From Candidatus Rifleibacteriota bacterium (GTDB lineage Bacteria; Muiribacteriota; Ozemobacteria; Ozemobacterales; Ozemobacteraceae): 21,545 nt of DNA. Below the pieces are notes generated by a model. It saw nothing but the letters and a program-made list of their open reading frames with translations. It made no database searches and was not told the DNA's origin. This document shows, in pieces, positions 8,741 to 18,093 of this stretch; position 1 is the stretch's first letter, and every line of letters starts with the position of its first letter. The DNA is taken from NCBI GenBank assembly GCA_051747585.1, contig JBNJGH010000058.1:1-21545 (forward strand). Reading direction: 5' to 3'. A program made the translations under genes and the position numbers.

Positions 8741-10999
8741 ATGAAGTATCTTTGGCGTTACAACAGTGGTATGGCTATACCCATAATAATCTGTATCATT
8801 TTACTCAGTTCGATTTTCTTTTTAACGGTTTCATTTCTTACCCAGAATCAGCAACATGCCGCAAAGTTTTATTTTGACTCCGAAAATGCCCTTTATATAG
8901 CCGAAGCAACCTCAAATGAAATTTTTTCATTCCTCAGATCCGTTAATTTTCCCAACGAAGACCGACCCGGAATGCAAAAGCTTTACAAAGAACTTTTCGA
9001 AAAGCCTGCAGGCCAGGAAGCCAAAAGCGTGAAGCTTGAACCAGGCCCCGAAATAGAAAGATATTTGATTGACTTTAGTAAGGTCTCGCCGTTAAAAATT
9101 CAAGCAACGGCGTTTCTTTCAAAATTTTGCGCTTTACAACTGCCGGAATCCAACCCCGGTTTCAAACTTGACCCTACCGAAAAAGAAGGACTTATTAAGC
9201 TTGAAATCAGAGTAGAGTTTGGTAAAGCCGTTAAAGTTCTTAACAGAATTCACAAGATAAAAATAACGCGAATAACCCATCCGGTTTTATCTCGTTTCAG
9301 TCTTTTTGTTAAAAATGCGCCTTCGAGCCCAGATCGACTCGAAAAAATTAATCCGTTACACCAGAATTTTTCCAGCCTTAAAGCAAGCGCCAATTCTTAC
9401 TTTTTAAAAAACTCAAATCGTCCATGCGCTCCAATTATTCTAGATAACGGTAATATTAGAAACCTGGCGCCCCAAGGTAAATACAGTTTTAGCAGCCTTA
9501 ACAAAGACATCAAACAACTTGCCGAGAAAAACGCGCTTATTTTTCTTGGAGGGGAAGATAAATGGAAACTGGGATTAGGCGGCGGAGCGCCAAATAGCAA
9601 ATATTCTGAACGTTTTTTAACCAGATTGGCCGCCTATGACATATATCACATGGTAAGAATAATGAGTGAGAAAGCCAAAGAAAAGGGATATCTCAGCCCC
9701 TTACCGGAAGTTACCATACAAGGCGCTTACATATCTAATTTCGGTATGGAAGACGATATAGCATTCAAAGATTCTTCAGTTGTCCCACTTGAGAAGACAC
9801 AAGCATACCAATTCTATAAAGATCTCGATGACAATATTCCGATTGCAAAAATGAAAGGAAGCTCAGCATTCAGACTCTTTGGAAGCGTTAAAAATTTTAG
9901 TCCTACAATTGTAATGGGAAATGTTGCAAGATTTTATAGAAAACAAATCGCTCTGGACTGCAGAATATGGGGAAAGACATTCAAGGATGTTACCATGCCT
10001 TACTTAGACGAGGACAAGTTTAAAAGGCTGAGTATGCCCAGCTTCATCAATATTATTACCAATGACGCAAAAACCGCAAATACACTTAAAGGTGTGAGCA
10101 AAGTCTTTGGTCTCCGAGTTGGCAATGCCGCTGATATCAGCTTCGCATTGGATTATTATTCTAAAATCTTCCGATCAGACATACAAAAAGAACATTACAT
10201 GCGTGCCCTGGATTTTGTGTTAACAAACAAAGAAACAGGCACTTACGGCCAGGAATTAACAAAGGGCAACAAGAGCCCGCCAATACCACCAAACGGCCAG
10301 ATCTATAAGGATTTACAAAATAAAAGAATCGAAATAGAAGCGCCAATATCTTCTACAAGTCCTGAAGCTCGGTTCTCAGGACAAAATGTAAACATAAAAA
10401 TTCCAGCTGGAGAGACTATATTCAAAGGCGATCTGGCAGACATCAACTTTTTTGATGACATGACCCTCAGGACATCGATGCAATTCGAAACTTTCAAAGA
10501 TTTTTCACAAAGATGCATTGTAGGCGATTCAGAAACGAATAAAAGACTCATTCTTCCAAGCAATGTATTTGTTAAACGAAAAGGACTACTTGCTGCAAAT
10601 TCTTTCAAGATCACCAAGCCCCTTATAATCGAAAGAGGCGGAACCATAGTTATTGATGGACCCGTTTATATTAATGCCGGGATTGAAGCACCAACAAGTG
10701 AGCCACTGACAATAGTATCATCAGACAAAATACAGATCGGAACCTCAGAAGAAATTGCAGCTTCATTATATGCCTGCAAAGGAATTTTTAAAACTTCTAA
10801 TATCGATGGATTTAAAATCAATGGGACTGTGGCAGCCGCAAAAATAGATACAGTATCTTTGGTAAAAGGCCCGACACCCAAATATATCAGTTATTCGAAT
10901 AACTTCGACGAATTACTGGCAAAAGAACATGACCCATATTTTCCCAAAAGAATTTCGTTGTCTGACGAATTCAGACAATATTACGGAAAGGCTTATTAG
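8741..10999 (+). CDS. Large (752 aa) PilX/GspK-like minor pilin
   Basis: YNSG|MAIPIIICIILL lacking Glu5, then ENALYIAEA. C-terminal beta-helix-like strands GGTIVIDGPVYINAGI...LTIVS...INGTVAA. Confidence 0.72.
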   Translation: MKYLWRYNSGMAIPIIICIILLSSIFFLTVSFLTQNQQHAAKFYFDSENALYIAEATSNEIFSFLRSVNFPNEDRPGMQKLYKELFEKPAGQEAKSVKLEPGPEIERYLIDFSKVSPLKIQATAFLSKFCALQLPESNPGFKLDPTEKEGLIKLEIRVEFGKAVKVLNRIHKIKITRITHPVLSRFSLFVKNAPSSPDRLEKINPLHQNFSSLKASANSYFLKNSNRPCAPIILDNGNIRNLAPQGKYSFSSLNKDIKQLAEKNALIFLGGEDKWKLGLGGGAPNSKYSERFLTRLAAYDIYHMVRIMSEKAKEKGYLSPLPEVTIQGAYISNFGMEDDIAFKDSSVVPLEKTQAYQFYKDLDDNIPIAKMKGSSAFRLFGSVKNFSPTIVMGNVARFYRKQIALDCRIWGKTFKDVTMPYLDEDKFKRLSMPSFINIITNDAKTANTLKGVSKVFGLRVGNAADISFALDYYSKIFRSDIQKEHYMRALDFVLTNKETGTYGQELTKGNKSPPIPPNGQIYKDLQNKRIEIEAPISSTSPEARFSGQNVNIKIPAGETIFKGDLADINFFDDMTLRTSMQFETFKDFSQRCIVGDSETNKRLILPSNVFVKRKGLLAANSFKITKPLIIERGGTIVIDGPVYINAGIEAPTSEPLTIVSSDKIQIGTSEEIAASLYACKGIFKTSNIDGFKINGTVAAAKIDTVSLVKGPTPKYISYSNNFDELLAKEHDPYFPKRISLSDEFRQYYGKAY

Positions 11000-11000
11000 C

Positions 11001-11405
11001 ATGAAATTTCATCGAAAAGGCCTGACATTTATTGAACTAACTATAGTTGCCGTATTGGGGACATTAATCATTGGCATGACCTATAAAATCTACAGTAACA
11101 TTTTTAACAGCTCTGATAAAATTTCAGGTGATTCTCAGTATTATCTTGAGCTGGGTAAATTTTCGGCACAGATAAAGTCAGACCTGCGAAGTGCGGTAAA
11201 GGTAATTAAAGCTAATGACAAATTGACTATTTTTACTGCAACTGAAGCCTATGATAAAGACGAAAAGATTGTTTATAAAGTTAAGGAAGAATCTAACCAG
11301 ATAGTTCGCAAATCCAAAGATCGATCCAGGATTTTTAATTTTGGAGATCCGCCTGAAGGGGCGGGAAAACTGGTTCTTAATATTGGAAACGAGGTAAAGA
11401 AATGA
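11001..11405 (+). CDS. Type IV prepilin-like protein (134 aa)
   Basis: MKFHRKG|LTFIEL plus hydrophobic helix. Start reassigned from 10929 to ATG 11001, 1 nt after the upstream stop. Confidence 0.85.
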   Translation: MKFHRKGLTFIELTIVAVLGTLIIGMTYKIYSNIFNSSDKISGDSQYYLELGKFSAQIKSDLRSAVKVIKANDKLTIFTATEAYDKDEKIVYKVKEESNQIVRKSKDRSRIFNFGDPPEGAGKLVLNIGNEVKK

Positions 11406-11959
11406 TCGTTTTAAAAAATCGACTTTTAGCAAGTATTGCCCTGCTATTAATGATGTTTTGCATTGTTGTTTCTCTTTCAGCAGAATCTGAGGATTCGGCC
11501 TCCGCCTCTCTTAATCTACAAATAGGTTTCGAAAACCAGCAACTTAATTTCAAAGTTAACACCCCCCAATTTCAAGACTTTGAAACTGACACCTGGGTTG
11601 ATTCTGACTCTGAATTAATAAAAAAAACCTTATCAAACCCAAATCCGTCCCAGGAAGATTTCACTCCAGATGAGTATAGTATTAACGACATTCCTTCTCA
11701 CCCATCACAACAGGATAACATCCCACCCAAGAAGTTGCTGCCACAACCTTTTGAAGATCCAAATGATGAAATTGTTTTAAGTAAAAGAGAAGCTGCAATA
11801 GAATTTCTAGAAAAAAGGCCTGATATTTTGGAATTTGTTAAAGTAAATACTGGCAAAACTGATCCGATAGAAGTTCTTGAACTTTGGGTCTATAGCATAA
11901 TGAAAAGCGATGACTCAGACTGGAAAGAAGGCAAACGAATACTTGAAGAGCTTGAATAG
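11402..11959 (+). CDS. Secreted acidic hypothetical protein with C-terminal 'RPDI' domain
   Basis: Signal peptide ending SLSA. GAGG RBS; 4-nt overlap with the upstream gene. C-terminus is similar to the N-terminus of ORF 14564. Confidence 0.7.
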   Translation: MIVLKNRLLASIALLLMMFCIVVSLSAESEDSASASLNLQIGFENQQLNFKVNTPQFQDFETDTWVDSDSELIKKTLSNPNPSQEDFTPDEYSINDIPSHPSQQDNIPPKKLLPQPFEDPNDEIVLSKREAAIEFLEKRPDILEFVKVNTGKTDPIEVLELWVYSIMKSDDSDWKEGKRILEELE

Positions 11960-11973
11960 ATAATTTATTAGCT

Positions 11974-13878
11974 TTGAAGAAAAAAATAACAAAGTTTTTT
12001 AATCAACTGAAAACGCACCTTTCTTTTCGCAAAAGGGTGCCTGTTTTTGCATGGCTTATTGCGATTCCTTTTTTGCTACTCTTCTTTGATTCACCTGCCA
12101 GAAGAATAGAATATCTGCTTATTGACGCCTGGGAAAGAACTGCATGCAAGCTTAGAACCCCTTCAGATAAACTGGCAATAGTAGGTATAGACTCAGAAAC
12201 TCTTGCTCAGATAAAAGACCGCTGGCCCTGGCCCAGGCACCATTTAGCAAATCTTCTCAGAAAAATTGACTCCGGCAAACCCCGTTTTATAATTCTCGAC
12301 ATTCTTTTACAACACCGGCAATCTGAAGTTTATGGAAAAGGAGACGAGATTCTTGCAAAGACTATCTCAGATCTGGGAAACATTATTTTGGTATCTTTTA
12401 TTGAAAACAAGGTCTTACCCACCGGCATAAGAAAAATGGTTTTTCAAAACCATGAAATTTTTAGAAAAAACTGTCTATTTCAAGGTCTGGTATGGGCTAT
12501 TATTGACCATGACGGAATTTCACGCTCTTTTGCTCTGGAAGACAACGACTTTGGCCTGAAAAGCGCTGCATTATGGATAGCAGAAAATTCAGGAATAAAA
12601 AAACCTATTCATTTTATAAGCAATCAAACCACAGAAAAATACCTGATTTCTCATGCAAAAAAAGACGGAGAAATACCACTGGTTACTGCTTCGGCGATTT
12701 TTGCCGACAATTTTCCAGCAGATTTTTTTAAGGATAAAATAGTGATACTGGGAGCAACCGCTCCAATTCTTCATGACTTCCACAATACCTCCCGAGGGCT
12801 TATGACTGGACCTCGGCTGCTTGCAATCAGCATAGATACGCTTTTACAACGACGAGGTGCAATAATATTACAGGGTTTTGCCTGGAACCTGGCTTTTATT
12901 ATACTTGGATTAATTCTGGGCTGGGTTATTTCCTTCTATTATATTGAATCCATTTTCAAGACTATTTTACTTATGCCTTCAGTATTTTTAGCCGGCTCTA
13001 TTATCTCACAAGAATTTTTCGACATCTTTCTGCCATCGGGTTCATTTATTCTAACCTATTTGCTCAGTTCACTCAGCCTACTGATTCTTAACCGTCTAAT
13101 GAACGCGATTGAAAACAGAATGCTTCAAGCAGAAGCAACAGCTGCCGGAAAAGTTCAGCAGCAGTTGTTTCCTGTCTCACCTATGGTATTAGATTCTCAT
13201 AGTTTAGGGGGAATTTGTATTCCCTGTTCTTCTGCTGGTGGCGATTTTTTTGAAATGTTTAAACATGCTTCGGGTAAAAGCTTTTTTGCGGTCGCAGATG
13301 TAATGGGTCACGGGATACCTGCAGCACTTGTAACTTCAATGATAAAAACCGCTCTAACCATTCATCGCCAGAAAACTGATCTAAGCCTTGAAACACTGTT
13401 ATTTGAGCTCAACAAGGTTATTTGCTTAACTTTTAATCGCAGAAAAATGGTTTCAGGTATTTTTGGGTTGTATGACCCAGCGAGCTGCAAATGTGAGCTG
13501 GCGATTGCCGGGCACCCTGCCGCCTACTATTTTCGCCGAAATAAAACTGTTGAAGAAATCGGCAGAAAAAGTTCTCCGCTGGGTTTACTGAAAAAACCAA
13601 AAATCAATTTTACCAACCTTGCAATGGTTCCTGGTGAAGCGCTTGTAATTTATACAGATGGGATTGTAGAAGCCCTTAGTCCTAATGGTGAGCAATATGG
13701 GTACGAGCGCTGGGAAAAAGTCTTAACAAAAAAAGTTTTTGAAAATGAAAATTGCATAAATCATCTTAACGGCCTGCTTGATGATATGCTTACGCATGCT
13801 GCCGGCCAACCGGTTGATGATGACTTAACCATTCTTATGCTTAAAATTGAAAAAAAGCAAGTTACTGACGGACAATAA
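11974..13878 (+). CDS. CHASE2-domain membrane sensor with SpoIIE/RsbU-type PP2C phosphatase
   Basis: CHASE2 motifs IVGIDSETL, RWPWPR, DHDGISR, KDKIVILGATA, then about three TM helices. PP2C motifs VQQQLFP, GGDFF, VADVMGHGIPAAL, AGHP, YTDGIVEA, DDLT. Confidence 0.93.
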   Translation: MKKKITKFFNQLKTHLSFRKRVPVFAWLIAIPFLLLFFDSPARRIEYLLIDAWERTACKLRTPSDKLAIVGIDSETLAQIKDRWPWPRHHLANLLRKIDSGKPRFIILDILLQHRQSEVYGKGDEILAKTISDLGNIILVSFIENKVLPTGIRKMVFQNHEIFRKNCLFQGLVWAIIDHDGISRSFALEDNDFGLKSAALWIAENSGIKKPIHFISNQTTEKYLISHAKKDGEIPLVTASAIFADNFPADFFKDKIVILGATAPILHDFHNTSRGLMTGPRLLAISIDTLLQRRGAIILQGFAWNLAFIILGLILGWVISFYYIESIFKTILLMPSVFLAGSIISQEFFDIFLPSGSFILTYLLSSLSLLILNRLMNAIENRMLQAEATAAGKVQQQLFPVSPMVLDSHSLGGICIPCSSAGGDFFEMFKHASGKSFFAVADVMGHGIPAALVTSMIKTALTIHRQKTDLSLETLLFELNKVICLTFNRRKMVSGIFGLYDPASCKCELAIAGHPAAYYFRRNKTVEEIGRKSSPLGLLKKPKINFTNLAMVPGEALVIYTDGIVEALSPNGEQYGYERWEKVLTKKVFENENCINHLNGLLDDMLTHAAGQPVDDDLTILMLKIEKKQVTDGQ

Positions 13879-13892
13879 AGGGAGGTTACAAA

Positions 13893-14489
13893 GTGAAATT
13901 TGTTAAAATCGTTTTAATTATGTGTTCTATTTTCTTTTATGGTTGCTCAGACCAGAATAACGTCCCTATCGGACAACTAATCAAAATATCCGGAACAGTT
14001 GAAATCCGAGAAGCTCCAGGGCAAAAATTCAAAACTGCAAGTGTTAACCTGAAATTGTTTAACGATATGGCGGTCAGAACCCAGGAGAACAGCAAAGCTA
14101 AACTTTCTTTTACATGTGGAGGGCAACTAAAACTAAGTTCAAACGCGTTTTTTCAGGTAAAATCCGGCCAGGTTCTGGGCAAGCAAACTTCAGGCTCAGG
14201 TTTCTACGAAATTGACAAACAGCCAAAACCACTATCAATAGAGACTCCGCATGGTGTTACAACAATTCTGGGTACCAAATTTCGTCAAATGGTCAATGAA
14301 ACATCGGTTGAAATTTTCCTCAAAGAAGGCTCAATCGAATTTTACGACAATGCCGGAAATAAAACCAAAATTGAATCAGGTCAAAAACTGCTGGTCGAAA
14401 AAGGCAAACCCCTCACTGAGGCTGTGCCAACAGATGACTTCGACGTAGACAAGCTTTTTAATGAAGATAAATCTCTGAAGAATTTTTAA
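13893..14489 (+). CDS. FecR-domain lipoprotein
   Basis: GGAGG RBS; lipobox-like FYG|C. FecR motifs VRTQENSKAKL, IETPHGVTTILGTKF, LKEGSIEF, IESGQ. Confidence 0.85.
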   Translation: MKFVKIVLIMCSIFFYGCSDQNNVPIGQLIKISGTVEIREAPGQKFKTASVNLKLFNDMAVRTQENSKAKLSFTCGGQLKLSSNAFFQVKSGQVLGKQTSGSGFYEIDKQPKPLSIETPHGVTTILGTKFRQMVNETSVEIFLKEGSIEFYDNAGNKTKIESGQKLLVEKGKPLTEAVPTDDFDVDKLFNEDKSLKNF

Positions 14490-14504
14490 TTCATACCCTA
14501 AACA

Positions 14505-14538
14505 GGAACAAAACATTAGACAGCTTCGTTGTTCTTTA
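14505..14538 (+). promoter_or_regulatory. Putative ECF sigma promoter upstream of 14564
   Basis: GGAAC aaaacattagacagctt CGTT gtt CTTTA (17-nt spacer), followed by AGGAGG RBS and ATG. Confidence 0.72.
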
Positions 14539-14563
14539 ATAGGAACCCATCAGGAGGAATTAT

Positions 14564-16261
14564 ATGAAACCTGCCAACATTAAATTGTTTTCTCTTTTTA
14601 TTGCATTCATGCTTGTATTTTCGAGTATTACATTTGCAATTGACATGAATGCATTAAACGATTTTTTTGCCCATCGCCCCGATATTCCTCAAAACATCAG
14701 CAAATGGTCAGGCAATACAGATAAAGTCTGGATTCTCAGAGAATGGGTAAAAATCACTACCGAACGAAATGAAGACTATCGAACAGCTCAAAGAATTTTA
14801 AGAGGTGAGTCAGTTGCACCTCCATCTGATAATTCTGGTGATAACCGGACTGACCCGGGACTTCCATCTGATGGCTTCGGTGAGCCGGTTGATGTTGATG
14901 CATACCCAAAACCAGCGAACGACAATGGCTGGGGAATACACTGGTTTCCCACCGAATCACAATCTCAAGAAGAAGTCGACAGATTTGTCAAAATTATTGG
15001 TGACCTCAATATAAAATGGGTGCTTTTTCTCAACCCCGGAACTGACCTGAACGCAAGCGAATACCTGGTTTCGCGGCTCGTAGAGAATAATATCATGCCG
15101 GTTATGAGGCTTTATTACAGCACCATCTATCCACCTTCGGAAGATGAATTGAATCAAACCAGAGCGTTGGTAAGCCATTATTTAAATAAAGGGGTTTTTT
15201 ACTTTCAGATTTACAACGAGCCTAATCTTCCCTGTGAATGGGAAGGCGGACAATTTCCTGAAAATTCAATTTCCAAGTGGGCTGATGCATTTATACCAAG
15301 AGCTGAAGCAGTGCTTAGTGTCGGCGGAATTCCCGGAATTGGCGGTCCGGCATTTGGGTATATAAAAGTTGATGGATCTTACGGCAATGGCTCTCAATAC
15401 TTTAGAGGAATGATTAATGAAGTTGTTAACCGAGGCAAAAAAGAGCTATTGGCCAAATCAGTCGTAGTTATTCACAACTACACAACCGATTCACATCCCT
15501 CTGATCGCTCTCAGACTGAAAAATTCTGGCAATTTGAAACCTATCACAATATTCTAGGCGAATACGGACTCGATATACCAATGATCGGCGGTGAAGGCGG
15601 CACCAGACCAGAAGATGTGGGCGGCGATATGAACAAGCTTGCAGAAAATGTTATGGCTTGCTATGACTACATGCCCGAAGCGCCAAAATACTATATGTGT
15701 TTTTCTCATTGGCTTTTAGCAGCTCCTGAAGGAAATGAATGGCAAAATCACGCGATGTATAAAACAGATGGTAGTCGCCTACAGCGAGCCCTTATAGAAA
15801 GAATGACAGCCGCAAACCCGCCAGTTATAAGTGCTGGCTCCAACCCGGCTGCACCCTCTGAACCTTATGAACCACCACAGCAAACAGAAACTCCGGATTC
15901 TGAAACTCGCTTGCGCGAATATGCCCCCAGAGAAGGCGAAACCTGGTTTCCACGCGATGGTTGGTATGACAGCGGAGACTTGCGTGAAGCTTTTATGAAG
16001 AAATACAACGCCTCAACCATGAACGATGCTCTAATAACAAAGATGCGCGAACAATGTCCGAATGTTGGCGATACCGGCTCAGTTACCTTTGATTGCGCCC
16101 TTGGCTTCTATGAAATCATGGAAGCAATGGATCTGGGTGGCTACACCTGGAGCGGAGACTGGGATTACCCCATCCCCGAATCAGCTTTTGATTCCTGGCG
16201 CAATGAAGGCCATAAACATATGCCGGCCGGAAGAGAAGTCGGCATTAAAAGAGTCAAATAA
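14564..16261 (+). CDS. Secreted clan GH-A (TIM-barrel) glycoside hydrolase-like protein with extra N- and C-terminal domains
   Basis: Signal peptide ending TFA. WGIH, IKWV, MPVMRLY, YFQIYNEPN (acid/base Glu), IHNY, PMIGGEGG (nucleophile Glu). Pro/Ser linkers flank the barrel. Confidence 0.8.
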   Translation: MKPANIKLFSLFIAFMLVFSSITFAIDMNALNDFFAHRPDIPQNISKWSGNTDKVWILREWVKITTERNEDYRTAQRILRGESVAPPSDNSGDNRTDPGLPSDGFGEPVDVDAYPKPANDNGWGIHWFPTESQSQEEVDRFVKIIGDLNIKWVLFLNPGTDLNASEYLVSRLVENNIMPVMRLYYSTIYPPSEDELNQTRALVSHYLNKGVFYFQIYNEPNLPCEWEGGQFPENSISKWADAFIPRAEAVLSVGGIPGIGGPAFGYIKVDGSYGNGSQYFRGMINEVVNRGKKELLAKSVVVIHNYTTDSHPSDRSQTEKFWQFETYHNILGEYGLDIPMIGGEGGTRPEDVGGDMNKLAENVMACYDYMPEAPKYYMCFSHWLLAAPEGNEWQNHAMYKTDGSRLQRALIERMTAANPPVISAGSNPAAPSEPYEPPQQTETPDSETRLREYAPREGETWFPRDGWYDSGDLREAFMKKYNASTMNDALITKMREQCPNVGDTGSVTFDCALGFYEIMEAMDLGGYTWSGDWDYPIPESAFDSWRNEGHKHMPAGREVGIKRVK

Positions 16262-16284
16262 AGGGTTCTGGCAAACAAGAAGGA

Positions 16285-18093
16285 TTGAAAATGACCCATT
16301 TCAAAGCAATTCTGCTGTTAACAACGTTCTATTTTTTCTCGGTAAACCTGCCTGTTTATTCAGATAGCACACAATGGCTTGCTTTTGGAAAAATTGACAC
16401 CCCTCAGAAACTCTGGCATTCACTTACCAACACAATAGAATTAGCCCCTGTTTATAAAGCGGCTTTAAAAGTAGCCTCAAATGACGATTACGCAAAAGTT
16501 CTTATAAAGGAATTGCATAAAAAGCCTGCTCTTCAAGCGCTTGACAAAGTTTGGTATTTTGCATTAGCAAAAAGCCCCAATTCTAATTTTTTTTCAGCAT
16601 GGAGTATTTGGCATGAAAATAAAGAAAAAAACAGAGAGCTTTTTATTTCAGGAAATCAATTAATAAATTCTAAAACTGAATTTCCTGAAATTTTTGCACA
16701 ATTAAATAGCCAAAATGAAATTGAATTTAGATTCGAGAAATTGCCTTATGAAGAACTTGAAAAAACACTTCAGAATTATCTTCAGCAGCAGAATCAAATG
16801 CTTGAACGAAGATGCTTAATGCAAAAAAGCAGAATAAAACGTGAGCTGCAAAAACATCCTGATAAAATATTTTCGGAAAAAAAAATTAATTCATGTCCTT
16901 TAAATGGCACTTACAGAATTGATAAAAATTCATCAGAAATAACGGTAACCTGCAACCATTCTCGATTAACTGCAAGTTATTCCAATGATGATAATGAAGC
17001 TGTTATAATTGGAATAGCTTTAATAGAAATATTGAAAGAAACTTCCAGCTTTAAAATAGTCTTTGACGATGATAACAAGATATTTTCTTTCGAACTTAAC
17101 TATAGCTCTGAAACAAGCAAACATAAAAAACATTTAAATACATGGGCCTCATCTATCAATTGGTTTACAATTAACAACGCTGCTTCAGTAGCAGACCCAA
17201 TCTCTAATTTTCAAATAATATCTACAATTCCTGTAAATCATCTCTTTAAAATTCTTCTGGCGCACTCAAATGAGTTCAAAATACTCGAAAATCAACTGCC
17301 AGAACTTGCTCTCAAACCTTTTTGTATTGAACTTTTTGGTGGGCCTCCCCGGTATAAAATGATTGGTCCAATTAAAATTAAAGTTCCTCTAAAGTTTGAA
17401 ATATTAAAACAGCTTATCAATAAAATGGAAAACAAATCGCTCCCCTTTACTATTAAAAAGCAGGAATTGCTTGGCCGAGAGGCTTTAAGCATTAAACCTT
17501 CTCCACAAGCAAGCAGATTCAAAGTATCTGGTAATTACCAGATCAAATTCGATGAATTTTACATTTTTGCAAGTCACAATAATGAAACTTTGGTAGCACT
17601 AGGTGGAGACACTGCAATACAAACCTTGATGACAGAAAGCGGCGAATCTGCAACAGTCAATATCTGGAACGATTTGAAAGAAGAACATCTTAAATTTGCT
17701 ATAGCATATAGACTTGATCTATTGGCGAAAAGATTACTTTACTTCGCAAATATATTCCTCTGGGGAAACGAACAAAGAGCTTGTTCATCATCTTTAAGTA
17801 ACTGGATAAGGAACAATCAGCAAGACTTTATTAATCTGAACCAAAAGGATGAATTACCTGAAAGCCTAAAGAAATGTTGCCCGCGTGATGGAATAGTCAT
17901 ATTTAATAATAGAAAAAAAGTTGGCTGTGCGATTCATAACTATCAAAATCTTGACAGAATAAAAACTCAACTTTTTTCGGCCAACATTCCGATTGGTCGA
18001 TGGTTACGTATTTATCTTAGAAAAACTTCAAACGGCAGTGAAATAATTTTTGACATAAAGCATCCACAGGAGGGCAAAAACCTTGAAAAATAG
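16285..18093 (+). CDS. Exported hypothetical protein with two Cys/His pilin-head-like modules
   Basis: 602-aa ORF with signal peptide ending VYS (start may be ATG 16291). Two C...CPxxG...Cx(1-2)H motifs. Confidence 0.7.
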   Translation: MKMTHFKAILLLTTFYFFSVNLPVYSDSTQWLAFGKIDTPQKLWHSLTNTIELAPVYKAALKVASNDDYAKVLIKELHKKPALQALDKVWYFALAKSPNSNFFSAWSIWHENKEKNRELFISGNQLINSKTEFPEIFAQLNSQNEIEFRFEKLPYEELEKTLQNYLQQQNQMLERRCLMQKSRIKRELQKHPDKIFSEKKINSCPLNGTYRIDKNSSEITVTCNHSRLTASYSNDDNEAVIIGIALIEILKETSSFKIVFDDDNKIFSFELNYSSETSKHKKHLNTWASSINWFTINNAASVADPISNFQIISTIPVNHLFKILLAHSNEFKILENQLPELALKPFCIELFGGPPRYKMIGPIKIKVPLKFEILKQLINKMENKSLPFTIKKQELLGREALSIKPSPQASRFKVSGNYQIKFDEFYIFASHNNETLVALGGDTAIQTLMTESGESATVNIWNDLKEEHLKFAIAYRLDLLAKRLLYFANIFLWGNEQRACSSSLSNWIRNNQQDFINLNQKDELPESLKKCCPRDGIVIFNNRKKVGCAIHNYQNLDRIKTQLFSANIPIGRWLRIYLRKTSNGSEIIFDIKHPQEGKNLEK

